Source: a virus (taxonomy: Duplodnaviria > Heunggongvirae > Uroviricota > Caudoviricetes). Taken from it: DNA of 64,000 bases. The notes under the pieces are model-generated. The model was not told the origin of the DNA, searched no databases, and saw nothing but the letters and a program-made list of their open reading frames with translations. The stretch covers positions 237,741 to 301,740 of the IMG/VR virus record IMGVR_UViG_3300017565_000001; one strand, written 5' to 3'. Made by a program: the position numbers and the translations under genes. Positions 45,295 to 55,064 of this stretch are shown here, piece after piece. Every line of letters begins with the position of its first letter. The first letter of the stretch is position 1.

Positions 45295-47214
45295 ATGAAA
45301 GAATTTCAAGTAAAGAATGGGATTATCTCCCTGGGACCAATTGTCCTTCCCGTAGTTCCCAGCTTGCCAGAACATGCGACATCAAAATCGTATGTAGATG
45401 CCAGAGCAGCGGTTCAATCGGTTGCTGGTAAAACTGGTGATGTGAACCTAGTCAACTCTGATGTTGGTTTGGGTAATGTGGAAAACAAGTCTTCAGCCAC
45501 AATTCGTGGTGAACTGACTCAAACCAACGTAACGAATGCATTGGGTTTCATACCGGTTCGTAAGACTGGTGATACTATGACCGGTGCGTTGACCCTAAGT
45601 GGAGCACCCACAGCGAATCTCCACGCGGCCTCCAAACTGTACGTTGATACCCAGATTGAAGACACGAGATTCAACCCAGCGGGTTCTGAAGGCCAAATCC
45701 TGTATCTGCAGGAAGATGGTTCCAATTTGTATGGGTACGAGGATAATGTGAAGTTTGGTGCCTTTGTTTCAGATGACACTGAACTCGCTGCCGCGCAACA
45801 AGCTTTTCAAGGACCGCAAGCAATTTATGACACTTGGAGTCGCATTTCTCACTCCAATTCGTTGACCGCTCAACCAGCTATTCCCTCTGAACTAACAGCT
45901 TGGGCATACGACTCAGGTACTGATGTTATTTCCTGTACTCTGAACACGTCTTCGATGGTTGGCTTTATCAGCCCATCACGTTATACCAAATACCAACACA
46001 CCGTTCAATTGTCCTCAACCGCTGGCGACGATGACATGATTGGTGTCGTTATTGCATTCGCAAAAGATAGTTTGGGTGTCGAACATACTCTGACTGCCAT
46101 TCGATCGGTTGGTGGTTATGGCACATCCGCCTATTGGTCAGTGTATTATGACTTCAGTCAATCCACTCAAGTCCTGATCACCAATAACAGTGTGACGGCC
46201 GGTGTTGGCTCTTTCACTGCATGGAACCAGATTGTGAATGGTACTACTGTTTCTGTTGAACGTGATAATGATCTCATTACGTGCCAGTGTTCACAATTTG
46301 ATACTTCGACTCTGGATCCTGCCACCACAATCACCATTGATCTCACGTCTGATCCATTACTGAATATCTTCCGTGGACCTAAGCCGTACGGGTACGTGGC
46401 CAAGTCACAATTGGGTGCTTCGTTCTCCGATATCACGTTCTCAGAACCAAATAACTTGGTTTTTGATGTTCGTGACGGTGCGGTTTACGAAGCTGATGAC
46501 CAGGGCAATTACACGGTTTCAACCACTCGTACTATTTTCAGTGAGTATGGTCCAAACAGAATTCTGTTTAATCCCTCAACCACAAAGATGTTCTACACTT
46601 TGTTGGATGGTGTTCAACTGCTGGCACAAAATTCAAGTGGGGGCGGAAGTGTTCCACTAGCTACTACAACCACACCTGGTGTTGTTCAAGTTGGTTCTGG
46701 TCTGAATATCAGTGGTGGCGTTCTGAGTACAGCAAACAACGGTACCATCACATCGGTAGCTAACGCTGCGGGTTCTGGTATGTTGCTTGTTCCAGCAACA
46801 GTGAATTCTGGCCCTGTCACGATCAAGAATATCGGTAACGGCGCCAGTTCTGGTTTGATGTTCGCCCAGACGGCAACCGATATTTCGATTGTACAAGATC
46901 ACCCGTCTGTCAACTTTTCAACAGCATTTGATCTTAACAGTGCGAATGTGAAAAATGCGTATTACCGTTATACGGGAGCAGGTGCGGTAAGTCTGACTGC
47001 ACCCACTGCCTCGTATTCCAATGGTTTGCGCAGTTATGAGTACCATTTCCGTCAAGCTGGTGATGGTCAGATCACATTTGTTCCAGCCGCCGGAGTGACT
47101 ATTAATGCTCCGTTTGGTGGAACTCTAGTGACTGCGGGCAAGGGTGCAAGCGTTACACTAAAGCTGGTGGGTCCAAATGAATATGATCTTATTGGTCAAG
47201 TAGTCCCAGCTTAA
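45295..47214 (+). CDS. tail fibre / virion structural protein
   Basis: HATSKSYVD, VGLGNVEN, GDTMTGALTLSGAPTANLHAASKLYVD, ATTTTPGVVQVG fibre motifs. Confidence 0.75.
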   Translation: MKEFQVKNGIISLGPIVLPVVPSLPEHATSKSYVDARAAVQSVAGKTGDVNLVNSDVGLGNVENKSSATIRGELTQTNVTNALGFIPVRKTGDTMTGALTLSGAPTANLHAASKLYVDTQIEDTRFNPAGSEGQILYLQEDGSNLYGYEDNVKFGAFVSDDTELAAAQQAFQGPQAIYDTWSRISHSNSLTAQPAIPSELTAWAYDSGTDVISCTLNTSSMVGFISPSRYTKYQHTVQLSSTAGDDDMIGVVIAFAKDSLGVEHTLTAIRSVGGYGTSAYWSVYYDFSQSTQVLITNNSVTAGVGSFTAWNQIVNGTTVSVERDNDLITCQCSQFDTSTLDPATTITIDLTSDPLLNIFRGPKPYGYVAKSQLGASFSDITFSEPNNLVFDVRDGAVYEADDQGNYTVSTTRTIFSEYGPNRILFNPSTTKMFYTLLDGVQLLAQNSSGGGSVPLATTTTPGVVQVGSGLNISGGVLSTANNGTITSVANAAGSGMLLVPATVNSGPVTIKNIGNGASSGLMFAQTATDISIVQDHPSVNFSTAFDLNSANVKNAYYRYTGAGAVSLTAPTASYSNGLRSYEYHFRQAGDGQITFVPAAGVTINAPFGGTLVTAGKGASVTLKLVGPNEYDLIGQVVPA

Positions 47215-47299
47215 CAAATGGGAGGGGTTAAACCCCTCCCATTTCATTGGTTCGCCAGGTGTAAATATAGATGTTCTATTCGATCCATGAAGGTGACCA

Positions 47300-48403
47300 A
47301 TGCCACGCATTCTACTCAAACGTGTTGATATTCCCAACAAGGTTCTTACCTTGCAGGACCTTGCCATAGGTGAAATTGGCGTAAATACCGCAGACGGTAA
47401 ACTGTACATGAGACGCGGTAACGGCTCATCAACGGATTCGGTGTTTGAGATCGGTGATGTGGTCAGACAGTTGGGATATACTCCAGCCAACAAGGCGGGA
47501 GATACACTTACCGGTCAGTTGGTTCTGGCTCCTGGGACGGCGAACGCCTCTCCACTGAAGTTCCAACCAGGGGCAACAATCGTGGTTCCGCAAGCCCATA
47601 GCATGGAATGGGATGGCGCATATCTGTACATGACGAATAACGGCGGCCAACGGAAAACTGTTGCCTATCTGGATAGCAACATCACAGGTACCGCTGGTGG
47701 ATGGAACGCAACTAGAACCCTCGCATTTACGGGCGACGCTGTTGGTACCCTGAACGTAAATGGTTTGTCCAATGTTAGTTCACCACTTACCCTTGCAACT
47801 GTCAATGCGAGCCCTGGTGTATTTGGCGACGACAAGAACGTTCCAGTAGTCACGGTGAACAACAAGGGTTTGGTGACGAGTGTCACCACTATGCCCATTG
47901 CACTAACCACTTCCGATGTGCCTGAGGGTACAAATCTGTATTTTGTAAACTCCAGAGCCCGTGCTGCAATTAGTGTGGCGGGTGACCTTACCTATAATGT
48001 GGCAACTGGCGTTATCAGCTACACGACTCCCGCCCTGTCACCTGTTGGTGTGAGTGGTGATTACAATGATTTGACAAATAAGCCAGTTCTGTCACGCCTA
48101 ACGTCAGTATCTGGCGTCACGACTCGGGTATTGGATTCCTTTTCTGCAAACTCATATCGAGCAGCGAAATTTTATATCTCAGTAGCTGATACGTTTTCAA
48201 ATAAGTTTCACGTAGTTGAAATTATGGTCATGCACAACAATGACGAAACTTTCCACAACGAATACGGTGTTTTGTTGAGCGATGAAGAATTGGGGGCTTT
48301 TGATACCCAGTTGAATGGTGCCAATGTTGAACTGTTGTTCACGCCATCAACAAGCTCCAGTAAAGTAGTAACCGTCACCAAGATCCTTGTCCCACGTGGT
48401 TAA
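47300..48403 (+). CDS. tail fibre-like protein
   Basis: LAIGEIGVNTADGKLY, LGYTPANKAGD, TTSDVPEGTNLYF, SGDYNDLTNKP. Confidence 0.75.
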   Translation: MPRILLKRVDIPNKVLTLQDLAIGEIGVNTADGKLYMRRGNGSSTDSVFEIGDVVRQLGYTPANKAGDTLTGQLVLAPGTANASPLKFQPGATIVVPQAHSMEWDGAYLYMTNNGGQRKTVAYLDSNITGTAGGWNATRTLAFTGDAVGTLNVNGLSNVSSPLTLATVNASPGVFGDDKNVPVVTVNNKGLVTSVTTMPIALTTSDVPEGTNLYFVNSRARAAISVAGDLTYNVATGVISYTTPALSPVGVSGDYNDLTNKPVLSRLTSVSGVTTRVLDSFSANSYRAAKFYISVADTFSNKFHVVEIMVMHNNDETFHNEYGVLLSDEELGAFDTQLNGANVELLFTPSTSSSKVVTVTKILVPRG

Positions 48404-48405
48404 TC

Positions 48406-48822
48406 ATGTTCAAGAAATTACTTTCGATGTTTGATATGGCTAAGGTCATTCGTTACCTGATCGTAACCCTGCTCGTATTGGGCGGAGTATATTACCTGTA
48501 TTACAAGTTGGAACTCCAGGCAAAACAAATTGCCGTTCTTACTGAATATGTGGAAACGGTTAAAAAACAGAATGACCTCATTGTCGCCGCCAACCAGGCA
48601 ATCACTGCTGATATGAAAGTCATAAAAGAGGGAGTTGAAACATTCAACTCCAACATATCGTCCATAAAAGAAACGACTTCTCGCCTGTCCAAGCAACTGC
48701 AAGATCCCAATTTCCGCAAGATGCTTAAAGAGGAAATCTCCAAGGCGCAAACAGAATACAACCGCATGTTCAATGATTATCTGAAGAGCATAAATGATGA
48801 CACTAAAAAATTCAGTAAGTAA
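48406..48822 (+). CDS. i-spanin (Rz-like) candidate
   Basis: N-terminal TM plus long coiled coil; overlaps a lipoprotein gene. Confidence 0.7.
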   Translation: MFKKLLSMFDMAKVIRYLIVTLLVLGGVYYLYYKLELQAKQIAVLTEYVETVKKQNDLIVAANQAITADMKVIKEGVETFNSNISSIKETTSRLSKQLQDPNFRKMLKEEISKAQTEYNRMFNDYLKSINDDTKKFSK

Positions 48823-49159
48823 ATTGGCTCTGGTGGGCATCTTGGCTCTGAGCGGGTGCGCCACAAAATCAGATGGTCCGCGTGAGATCACAATTCCACC
48901 CACGTATTCAGACAAGATTCCCATCCCCAAGGTTGAACCCACACAATTAGTTGATGTGAATTGGATGGTTATGAATAAAGACGAATTGGCCAAGTTCTTG
49001 GAAGCTAACAAGGGTAAGGATTTTGTGATATATGCTCTTGATGAAACCAATAACGCAAATTTGGTTGGCAACGTGCAGGAGCTCAATCGTTACATCAAGT
49101 CACAGCAAGAAGTAATCAACTATTTGATCAAGATCATTGACGCCAGAACGCAAAAATGA
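48794..49159 (+). CDS. o-spanin (Rz1-like) lipoprotein candidate
   Basis: Lipobox LALSGC followed by a Pro-rich linker. Confidence 0.7.
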   Translation: MMTLKNSVSKLALVGILALSGCATKSDGPREITIPPTYSDKIPIPKVEPTQLVDVNWMVMNKDELAKFLEANKGKDFVIYALDETNNANLVGNVQELNRYIKSQQEVINYLIKIIDARTQK

Positions 49160-49220
49160 GTTGATTAGATGAACCATATGATGCTACCATACGTGGCATC
49201 ATATTCATTTGGAAATCAAG

Positions 49221-50072
49221 ATGTCACATTACGAAACATTGGGTATTGGCAAAGACGCAAGCTTTGATGAAATCAAGCAAGCGTATCGAAAGCTGGCTCA
49301 AAAGTGGCATCCGGATCGCAACAAAGAAAAGGGCGCCGAGGACCAATTTAAAGCAGTCAACGCGGCCTACGATGTTCTTGGTGACCCGCAGAAACGTGTC
49401 GAATACGATCTGGGATTCAAGAAGGAATACGTCCGCAAACCATCTGGTGGGTTTGGTTCACATAGCCGTAAAGGTGATTTTGACGGTTTTGGTGGTTTTT
49501 CGAATCCGCAATATGACGATTGGGGTGATTCCAAACCGTACTCCCGGTGGGATTATGTCACCAATACTGACACCCATCAGAATATTCATGTACCGCTCGA
49601 CATCGTCGCTGCTGGTGGCAAATTGCCTGTTATCAAAGATGATGTGACCATTGAGGTAAATGTTCCGGCCGGTGTCAAGGACGGTACCATCATTCGAGTA
49701 GCGGGTTATGGCTCCAAGAAATACGCCAGTAAGCCTCCCGGCGACTTGCTGTTGACCGTTCATATCATCCCGCACCCCACACTGAAGGTCGAGGGTCTCG
49801 ACGTGATTCAACTAGTGAGTGTTGACGCTTTGGATCTAATTCTGGGGACTTCTGTCATTGCACAAACGGCCGATGGTACCAAATACGAAGTTCAAGTCAG
49901 GGCTGGAACGCAACACAACTCCAGGATTCGCATTTCTGGTAAGGGGCTCCCAACCATCAATAACGAAAAGCCAGCCGGCGATCATTTCCTGCAAATTCAA
50001 GCAGTCATTCCCACCAGTCTAAAACCTGAAGTGGTTACACTTCTCCAAGAGGCAAAAGGCTTGATTTCATAA
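49221..50072 (+). CDS. DnaJ/CbpA-like co-chaperone (type II, no zinc finger)
   Basis: J-domain with HPD, G/F-rich region, PGDL and GKGLP in the CTD. Confidence 0.92.
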   Translation: MSHYETLGIGKDASFDEIKQAYRKLAQKWHPDRNKEKGAEDQFKAVNAAYDVLGDPQKRVEYDLGFKKEYVRKPSGGFGSHSRKGDFDGFGGFSNPQYDDWGDSKPYSRWDYVTNTDTHQNIHVPLDIVAAGGKLPVIKDDVTIEVNVPAGVKDGTIIRVAGYGSKKYASKPPGDLLLTVHIIPHPTLKVEGLDVIQLVSVDALDLILGTSVIAQTADGTKYEVQVRAGTQHNSRIRISGKGLPTINNEKPAGDHFLQIQAVIPTSLKPEVVTLLQEAKGLIS

Positions 50073-50117
50073 GCCACCTGTGCCATATTACGATATGGTG
50101 ATAACTGGGAGGTGCAA

Positions 50118-50489
50118 ATGAAAAAGGCTGTTCTTGCTTTTCTGGGCTTGATGCTCGCTGCATCAAGTGCTGCCTCCCAAGCGGTCCCCGCTACGCCGCA
50201 AGATCGGCAAACCTGTAAGGCGGCATACGATACGAGCCGCCTTTACGTAAACGATGCTGGTGCATTCATGTGGCGTGTGCATGCCAAAGGTCTAGTTGAC
50301 TATGATGCATACAACCGCTGGCAAAATGAACTGGTACTCTATACTCGTGCCTACATTTCCAAAATCCGCAATAAGTCCTACACGGGCGAAGGATGGGAGT
50401 GTCAGCGCATCACCGAACAAGTTCAAAACATCACGGACAACGTGTTGCTGCAATTCATGAGGAACAATGGACTTAATTTCGGAAACTGA
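50118..50489 (+). CDS. exported protein with signal peptide
   Basis: MKKAVLAFLGLMLAASSAASQA; two Cys; GGAGG SD. Confidence 0.7.
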   Translation: MKKAVLAFLGLMLAASSAASQAVPATPQDRQTCKAAYDTSRLYVNDAGAFMWRVHAKGLVDYDAYNRWQNELVLYTRAYISKIRNKSYTGEGWECQRITEQVQNITDNVLLQFMRNNGLNFGN

Positions 50490-50958
50490 CCCCCGACTCA
50501 AATTGATGAGTGAAGACTATGACTTCCAGAGCACGACTCTGGAAGAACGGTCCTCGTTGGTCGAACAAATGTTTGATACCATGGTGACCAATCATGGTAT
50601 CGGTTTGGCGGCACCGCAAATTGGAATCAATAAGCGCGTGTTTGTTATGGAGGTGGAAGGCAGTCGCTTTCCTTGTTTCAACCCTCAGATCGTTGAAGTC
50701 CTGGAGGAGACTGAAAAGGCTCAAGAAGGATGTCTGAGTTTTCCTGGCTTGCGTATGCACGTGACGCGCCATTCGTGTATAATTGGCAAGTTCGCTGATG
50801 TTCACGGAAACGAAGTAACACGGCAATTCAAAGGATTGGCAGCAAGGTGCTTTCAGCACGAACTGGATCATCTCAATGGTGTGACGTTCGACAGTAAAGT
50901 CAGTAAGATGGCACTTGATCTTGCCAAGAAACGTAGGCCCAAACAAAGGAACAAATAA
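50467..50958 (+). CDS. def: peptide deformylase
   Basis: GIGLAAPQ, EGCLS, HELDH. Confidence 0.96.
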   Translation: MDLISETDPRLKLMSEDYDFQSTTLEERSSLVEQMFDTMVTNHGIGLAAPQIGINKRVFVMEVEGSRFPCFNPQIVEVLEETEKAQEGCLSFPGLRMHVTRHSCIIGKFADVHGNEVTRQFKGLAARCFQHELDHLNGVTFDSKVSKMALDLAKKRRPKQRNK

Positions 50959-53280
50959 ATGAGTCGTCCCAATATCGATTATTCGGCAATCACCAACGTC
51001 CTCGGCGCAGCTCGCGACATCGCGGCTTCGTACTGTCACGAATACGTGACCATCGAGCACGTGACGAAGGCCATGATCGCCACCAAGGAAATCCAAGATA
51101 TCCTGCGGGCGATGAGCATCAACATCCAGTCGGTCGATGACAAACTGGACAATTTCTTCAACAGCTCGCTCTGCCCGGTCGCCCCTGGCATTGCGCCCCG
51201 CGAAACTACCGCGGTTGGTTCCCTGTTGCAAGGTACCGCTACTCGCGCGATCGCAACGGGCTCAAGCAAAATCGGTGTCGAATTGCTGCTGGTGGCAGTG
51301 ATGATGCAAGAAAACACCACGGCCTATGCGGCACTGACCCAAGCTGGTCTGACGCTGCTGGCGCTGAAGCAACATCTCAGCCACGGCGGTCTGTCGGCAT
51401 CCAGCGGGTCACCCGAGATGGTCGGTCCCGACGGTGAGCGCTCGCTGCGTGAGCCCACCAATCGTGAAGAAGCCGAAGCAATCCTGGCCAAGTTCACCGA
51501 AAACCTGAACAAGACCGCCGGTGAAGGCAAGATCGATCCCGTGATCGGCCGTGAAGAAGAAGTCGAAGCCATCGTGCTGGCAACTGCTCGCCGTTCCAAG
51601 AACAACGTGATCTTGACGGGTGAGCCCGGCGTCGGCAAGACCGCCATTGCTGAAGGCCTGGCAGTCAAGATCGTCAAGGGTGAAGTGCCCGAAATCCTGA
51701 AGAACGGCATCGTGTACAGCCTGGACATCGCAGCCCTGATGGCTGGCACCAAGTTCCGCGGTGAATTCGAAGAACGCATGAAAGCGGTGCTGAAGGCACT
51801 GACCTTCATCGAGTCGCCCATCCTGTTCATCGACGAAATCCACATGATCATGGGCGCCGGTTCCGGTTCCCAGGGCTCGATCGACATCGCCAACCTGCTC
51901 AAGCCGGCACTGGCGAAGGGCAAACTGCGCTGCATCGGTTCCACGACCAGCGAAGAATACCGCAAGCATTTCGAGAAGGATCGCGCACTGATCCGCCGTT
52001 TCCACAAGCTGGATGTTCTGGAACCCAGCATCGAAAATGCCAAGCTGATCATGCGCGGCCTGCGTACCTACTACGAAGAATTCCACGGCGTCACCTATAC
52101 GGATGAAGCGCTGGATCAAGCGGTGGAGTTGACTGCGCGTTACGTACAAAATCGCCAATTGCCCGACAAGGCCATCGACGTGATCGACGGTGCTGGTGCT
52201 CGCCAACGCATTCGCCCCGAAGAAGAAAAGCTGAAGGAAATCACTGGCGATCTGGTGCAATTCGAAGTCAGCAAGATTGCGAAGATCCCCGAACAAAGCG
52301 TCAAGACCGACGAGCGCACCAAACTCTTGAATCTGGATCGCACTCTGCGCCAGACGGTGTTTGGGCAGAACGGTGCAATCGAAACCCTGGTCGATGCTGT
52401 CATGATCGCCCGTGCGGGACTGCGCGACGACAACAAGCCCGCTGGTGCTTTCCTGTTCGTGGGTCCCACGGGTGTGGGCAAGACCGAAATGGTTAAAGCC
52501 CTGGCGACCAACCTGGGAGTTCCCATGATTCGCTTCGATATGAGCGAATACATGGAAAAGCATACGGTCAGCAAGTTGATCGGCAGCCCTCCGGGTTACG
52601 TGGGTCACGGTGACGGTGGCGCTGGTTCGGGTATGCTCACCAACGAAATCGAAAACAAGCCCCACAGCGTTCTGCTCCTGGACGAGTTTGAAAAGGCTCA
52701 CCCGGATATCCAGAACATTTTCCTGCAGGTCCTCGACGAAGGTCACCTCACGAACAGTAGCGGCAAAACCGTTCACTTCAAGAACGTGACGATCATCATG
52801 ACCAGCAATGCGGGTGCCGCACAAATGCAAAAGACGTCGGTGGGCTTCAGCACTGGTTCCACGAACACGGTGGAAGCTGGCATGGATGCGATCAACAAGA
52901 TCTTCCGTCCGGAATTCCGCAATCGTCTGGATGCTGTGGTGCGTTTCAATCCGCTGCAACCTGAAAACATGCTGTCGATCATCGACAAGATGTTGACCCC
53001 GCTGGAGACCAAGATTGCAGTCCGTGGTGCAAAGCTGGTTGTTCCCATGGACGTGCGTGATTGGATGGCCAAGAAGGGTTATGATCCCCTGATGGGCGCC
53101 CGTCCCGCTGCTCGTGTGGTGCATGAGAGCTTGAAGACCCCGCTGAGCCGCGCGATCATCTTTGAGCATGTGGGTGCTGGCACGACGATCACAGCTTCGA
53201 TTGTTGAAGACAAGGTGGTTCTGAACGTCACGCAAGCTGAAGTGGCAAAAGCGGCCCCCGCTGAATCCGCCGAAGCGTAA
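50959..53280 (+). CDS. clpA: ClpA-like AAA+ unfoldase
   Basis: Clp-N, GEPGVGKT, GTKFRGEFE, GPTGVGKT, PPGYVG, VGF (IGF-type) loop; no ClpB middle domain. Confidence 0.92.
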   Translation: MSRPNIDYSAITNVLGAARDIAASYCHEYVTIEHVTKAMIATKEIQDILRAMSINIQSVDDKLDNFFNSSLCPVAPGIAPRETTAVGSLLQGTATRAIATGSSKIGVELLLVAVMMQENTTAYAALTQAGLTLLALKQHLSHGGLSASSGSPEMVGPDGERSLREPTNREEAEAILAKFTENLNKTAGEGKIDPVIGREEEVEAIVLATARRSKNNVILTGEPGVGKTAIAEGLAVKIVKGEVPEILKNGIVYSLDIAALMAGTKFRGEFEERMKAVLKALTFIESPILFIDEIHMIMGAGSGSQGSIDIANLLKPALAKGKLRCIGSTTSEEYRKHFEKDRALIRRFHKLDVLEPSIENAKLIMRGLRTYYEEFHGVTYTDEALDQAVELTARYVQNRQLPDKAIDVIDGAGARQRIRPEEEKLKEITGDLVQFEVSKIAKIPEQSVKTDERTKLLNLDRTLRQTVFGQNGAIETLVDAVMIARAGLRDDNKPAGAFLFVGPTGVGKTEMVKALATNLGVPMIRFDMSEYMEKHTVSKLIGSPPGYVGHGDGGAGSGMLTNEIENKPHSVLLLDEFEKAHPDIQNIFLQVLDEGHLTNSSGKTVHFKNVTIIMTSNAGAAQMQKTSVGFSTGSTNTVEAGMDAINKIFRPEFRNRLDAVVRFNPLQPENMLSIIDKMLTPLETKIAVRGAKLVVPMDVRDWMAKKGYDPLMGARPAARVVHESLKTPLSRAIIFEHVGAGTTITASIVEDKVVLNVTQAEVAKAAPAESAEA

Positions 53281-53357
53281 CAACTGAAGTGAGACTGGCG
53301 GCTTGCTTTCTGCCAGTCTCACTGTATACTCAAAGCATAACGAGTAATTCCCCACAC

Positions 53358-54026
53358 ATGCTGCAAAATCTTCACCCAAAAGCAAAAACGCAAATATCGG
53401 ATCACCTATTTTGGGGTGAGTTCCCATTCAGACTGGTGTTTCAAGTCAACGCCAAGGGTAAACGAGAAAGCCGATTCAACAGATCTGGTCGGAGTGGTCG
53501 AGAAGGGAAACAAATTCGTTCCCATTTCGAATCCATCCTGGCCGGCGTTGACCATCGAGTGAATCGCCTGGGATTCTCAATCATCTACTATTTGAAAGAT
53601 GTAGCCACAGCGCAAGCTATGATTGATGCAAGACCAGAATTCTTGAATCTCTCGAGTGTGATTAGCCCAATGAACGATGCTCACATCGAATTCATGAAGG
53701 CCAATCCTGATCTAGTCACCCGTCCCGATCTGTATCATGGGACCTATCGCTTCTTCACTTACTTCACTGGTGACTACAATACCATGAAGACGCTAAGGAA
53801 GTGGTGTTGGGGTCACGCCGAAGAGCGTGGTTCCAAAGCTGTAAAATTCGTTCGTAAAAGCTCTGAACGAATCGACGCATACTTCATTGATGACGTCGAG
53901 CTCATGATTGCCAAATTGATGCATGGCGGCAACATGGGCAAAGTCAAACAAGTATATATCCTCAATAAAAATAAAAACAAAGCAGGCATATTCGATGAAC
54001 CCCACTCTCTTTCTGAAACTACTTGA
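53358..54026 (+). CDS. hypothetical protein
   Basis: LRKWCWGH...FIDDVELMIAKL resembles the small-protein family module. Confidence 0.65.
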   Translation: MLQNLHPKAKTQISDHLFWGEFPFRLVFQVNAKGKRESRFNRSGRSGREGKQIRSHFESILAGVDHRVNRLGFSIIYYLKDVATAQAMIDARPEFLNLSSVISPMNDAHIEFMKANPDLVTRPDLYHGTYRFFTYFTGDYNTMKTLRKWCWGHAEERGSKAVKFVRKSSERIDAYFIDDVELMIAKLMHGGNMGKVKQVYILNKNKNKAGIFDEPHSLSETT

Positions 54027-54354
54027 AAAGCAACTACTGAAAACTGGCACTGAACTCGGCGTAGAATATATCAAATACCAGGACGGCAAAAAGGTCGGAA
54101 CGGTGAAAGGTATGTATACGATCGAACGCTTTACCCCTCATCCGCTTGGCTATATGCCTATTGTTCATATCAAGAATGATCTAGAGCAAGCAGAAGTTGA
54201 CATCAAGAACATCAAGTTGATTGCAGGACTCAGCCCCAACAAGTATGCGGCAGAATATGGCATTCGGCCTGATGGTAAGGAAAGCGATGCTCCTAAGCGT
54301 CGTGGACGCAAGCCTAAGGATCGCAATCCCGAAAAGGTTTGGTCGTGTGACTGA
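53995..54354 (+). CDS. hypothetical protein with AT-hook-like tail
   Basis: PKRRGRKPK. Confidence 0.65.
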   Translation: MNPTLFLKLLEKQLLKTGTELGVEYIKYQDGKKVGTVKGMYTIERFTPHPLGYMPIVHIKNDLEQAEVDIKNIKLIAGLSPNKYAAEYGIRPDGKESDAPKRRGRKPKDRNPEKVWSCD

Positions 54355-54410
54355 TTGACATAAGCCCTCCTTCATTTGGTATAAATACCAGAAGAATGGA
54401 GGGCTTTATC

Positions 54411-54602
54411 ATGGCTCATATGCATGAACAGGTTGTTCTGGTTAAAATCACAACCTTGAAGAAGGGTAATCACGTTGAATGTGGTGACGCTGCGGATGTT
54501 ACTCCCGAAGTGCTCGCCAACATTGAAGCTCTGGTCGGCGAACTCTTGCAAGAACCAGGTCGTGTGATCGAAGTGTTCGTCGATGACGAACAAGTAAAGT
54601 AA
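54411..54602 (+). CDS. small late protein
   Basis: TATAAATA at 54380, GGAGG SD; bidirectional terminator at 54605-54630. Confidence 0.7.
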   Translation: MAHMHEQVVLVKITTLKKGNHVECGDAADVTPEVLANIEALVGELLQEPGRVIEVFVDDEQVK

Positions 54603-54629
54603 AGAATGGCGCCTCTAGGGCGCCATTTT

Positions 54630-55064
54630 TCATTTCACGTATTGCTTTATTTGCTCATTTATGTTTTTGAGCACTGGTAGAAAATCAAACTCTTTGTCGT
54701 ATTTGGTCACGTAGGACATATCAAGTGCCCTTCCCTGCAGGCTGTCTATAATCAGCCTTCCCACCCCTACATTTGCGTTGGGTATACTGCCCACAATGTC
54801 ATTGAATTGAGCGGTTGGTGCCTCAAATCCAACGTCTTCCCAAAACGCTTTGGATGATGCTTCGAGCGCAGGAGCAGTAGACAACCCATACCCGGCACAA
54901 TGGCGCATGATTGTTGACGCAAAAACGTTCAACTCGACGGGAATACCACACACCGCCACCACCTGATATGTGCGTTTCGCCGTAGTGATCTCACCATACA
55001 TTGGCATACCCAACTTGCTCAAGACCATCATTCGGTCCAGCTCGTCGCGTTCAGAGTTCTCCAT
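54630..55064 (-). CDS. hypothetical protein
   Basis: Start chosen at the overlap with the upstream gene's end. Confidence 0.6.
   Translation of the reverse strand: MENSERDELDRMMVLSKLGMPMYGEITTAKRTYQVVAVCGIPVELNVFASTIMRHCAGYGLSTAPALEASSKAFWEDVGFEAPTAQFNDIVGSIPNANVGVGRLIIDSLQGRALDMSYVTKYDKEFDFLPVLKNINEQIKQYVK

Noticed and set aside
51409-53427. 672-aa antisense ORF and other long antisense ORFs over highly expressed genes
   Set aside because: Shadows of ClpA and similar genes, caused by codon bias.
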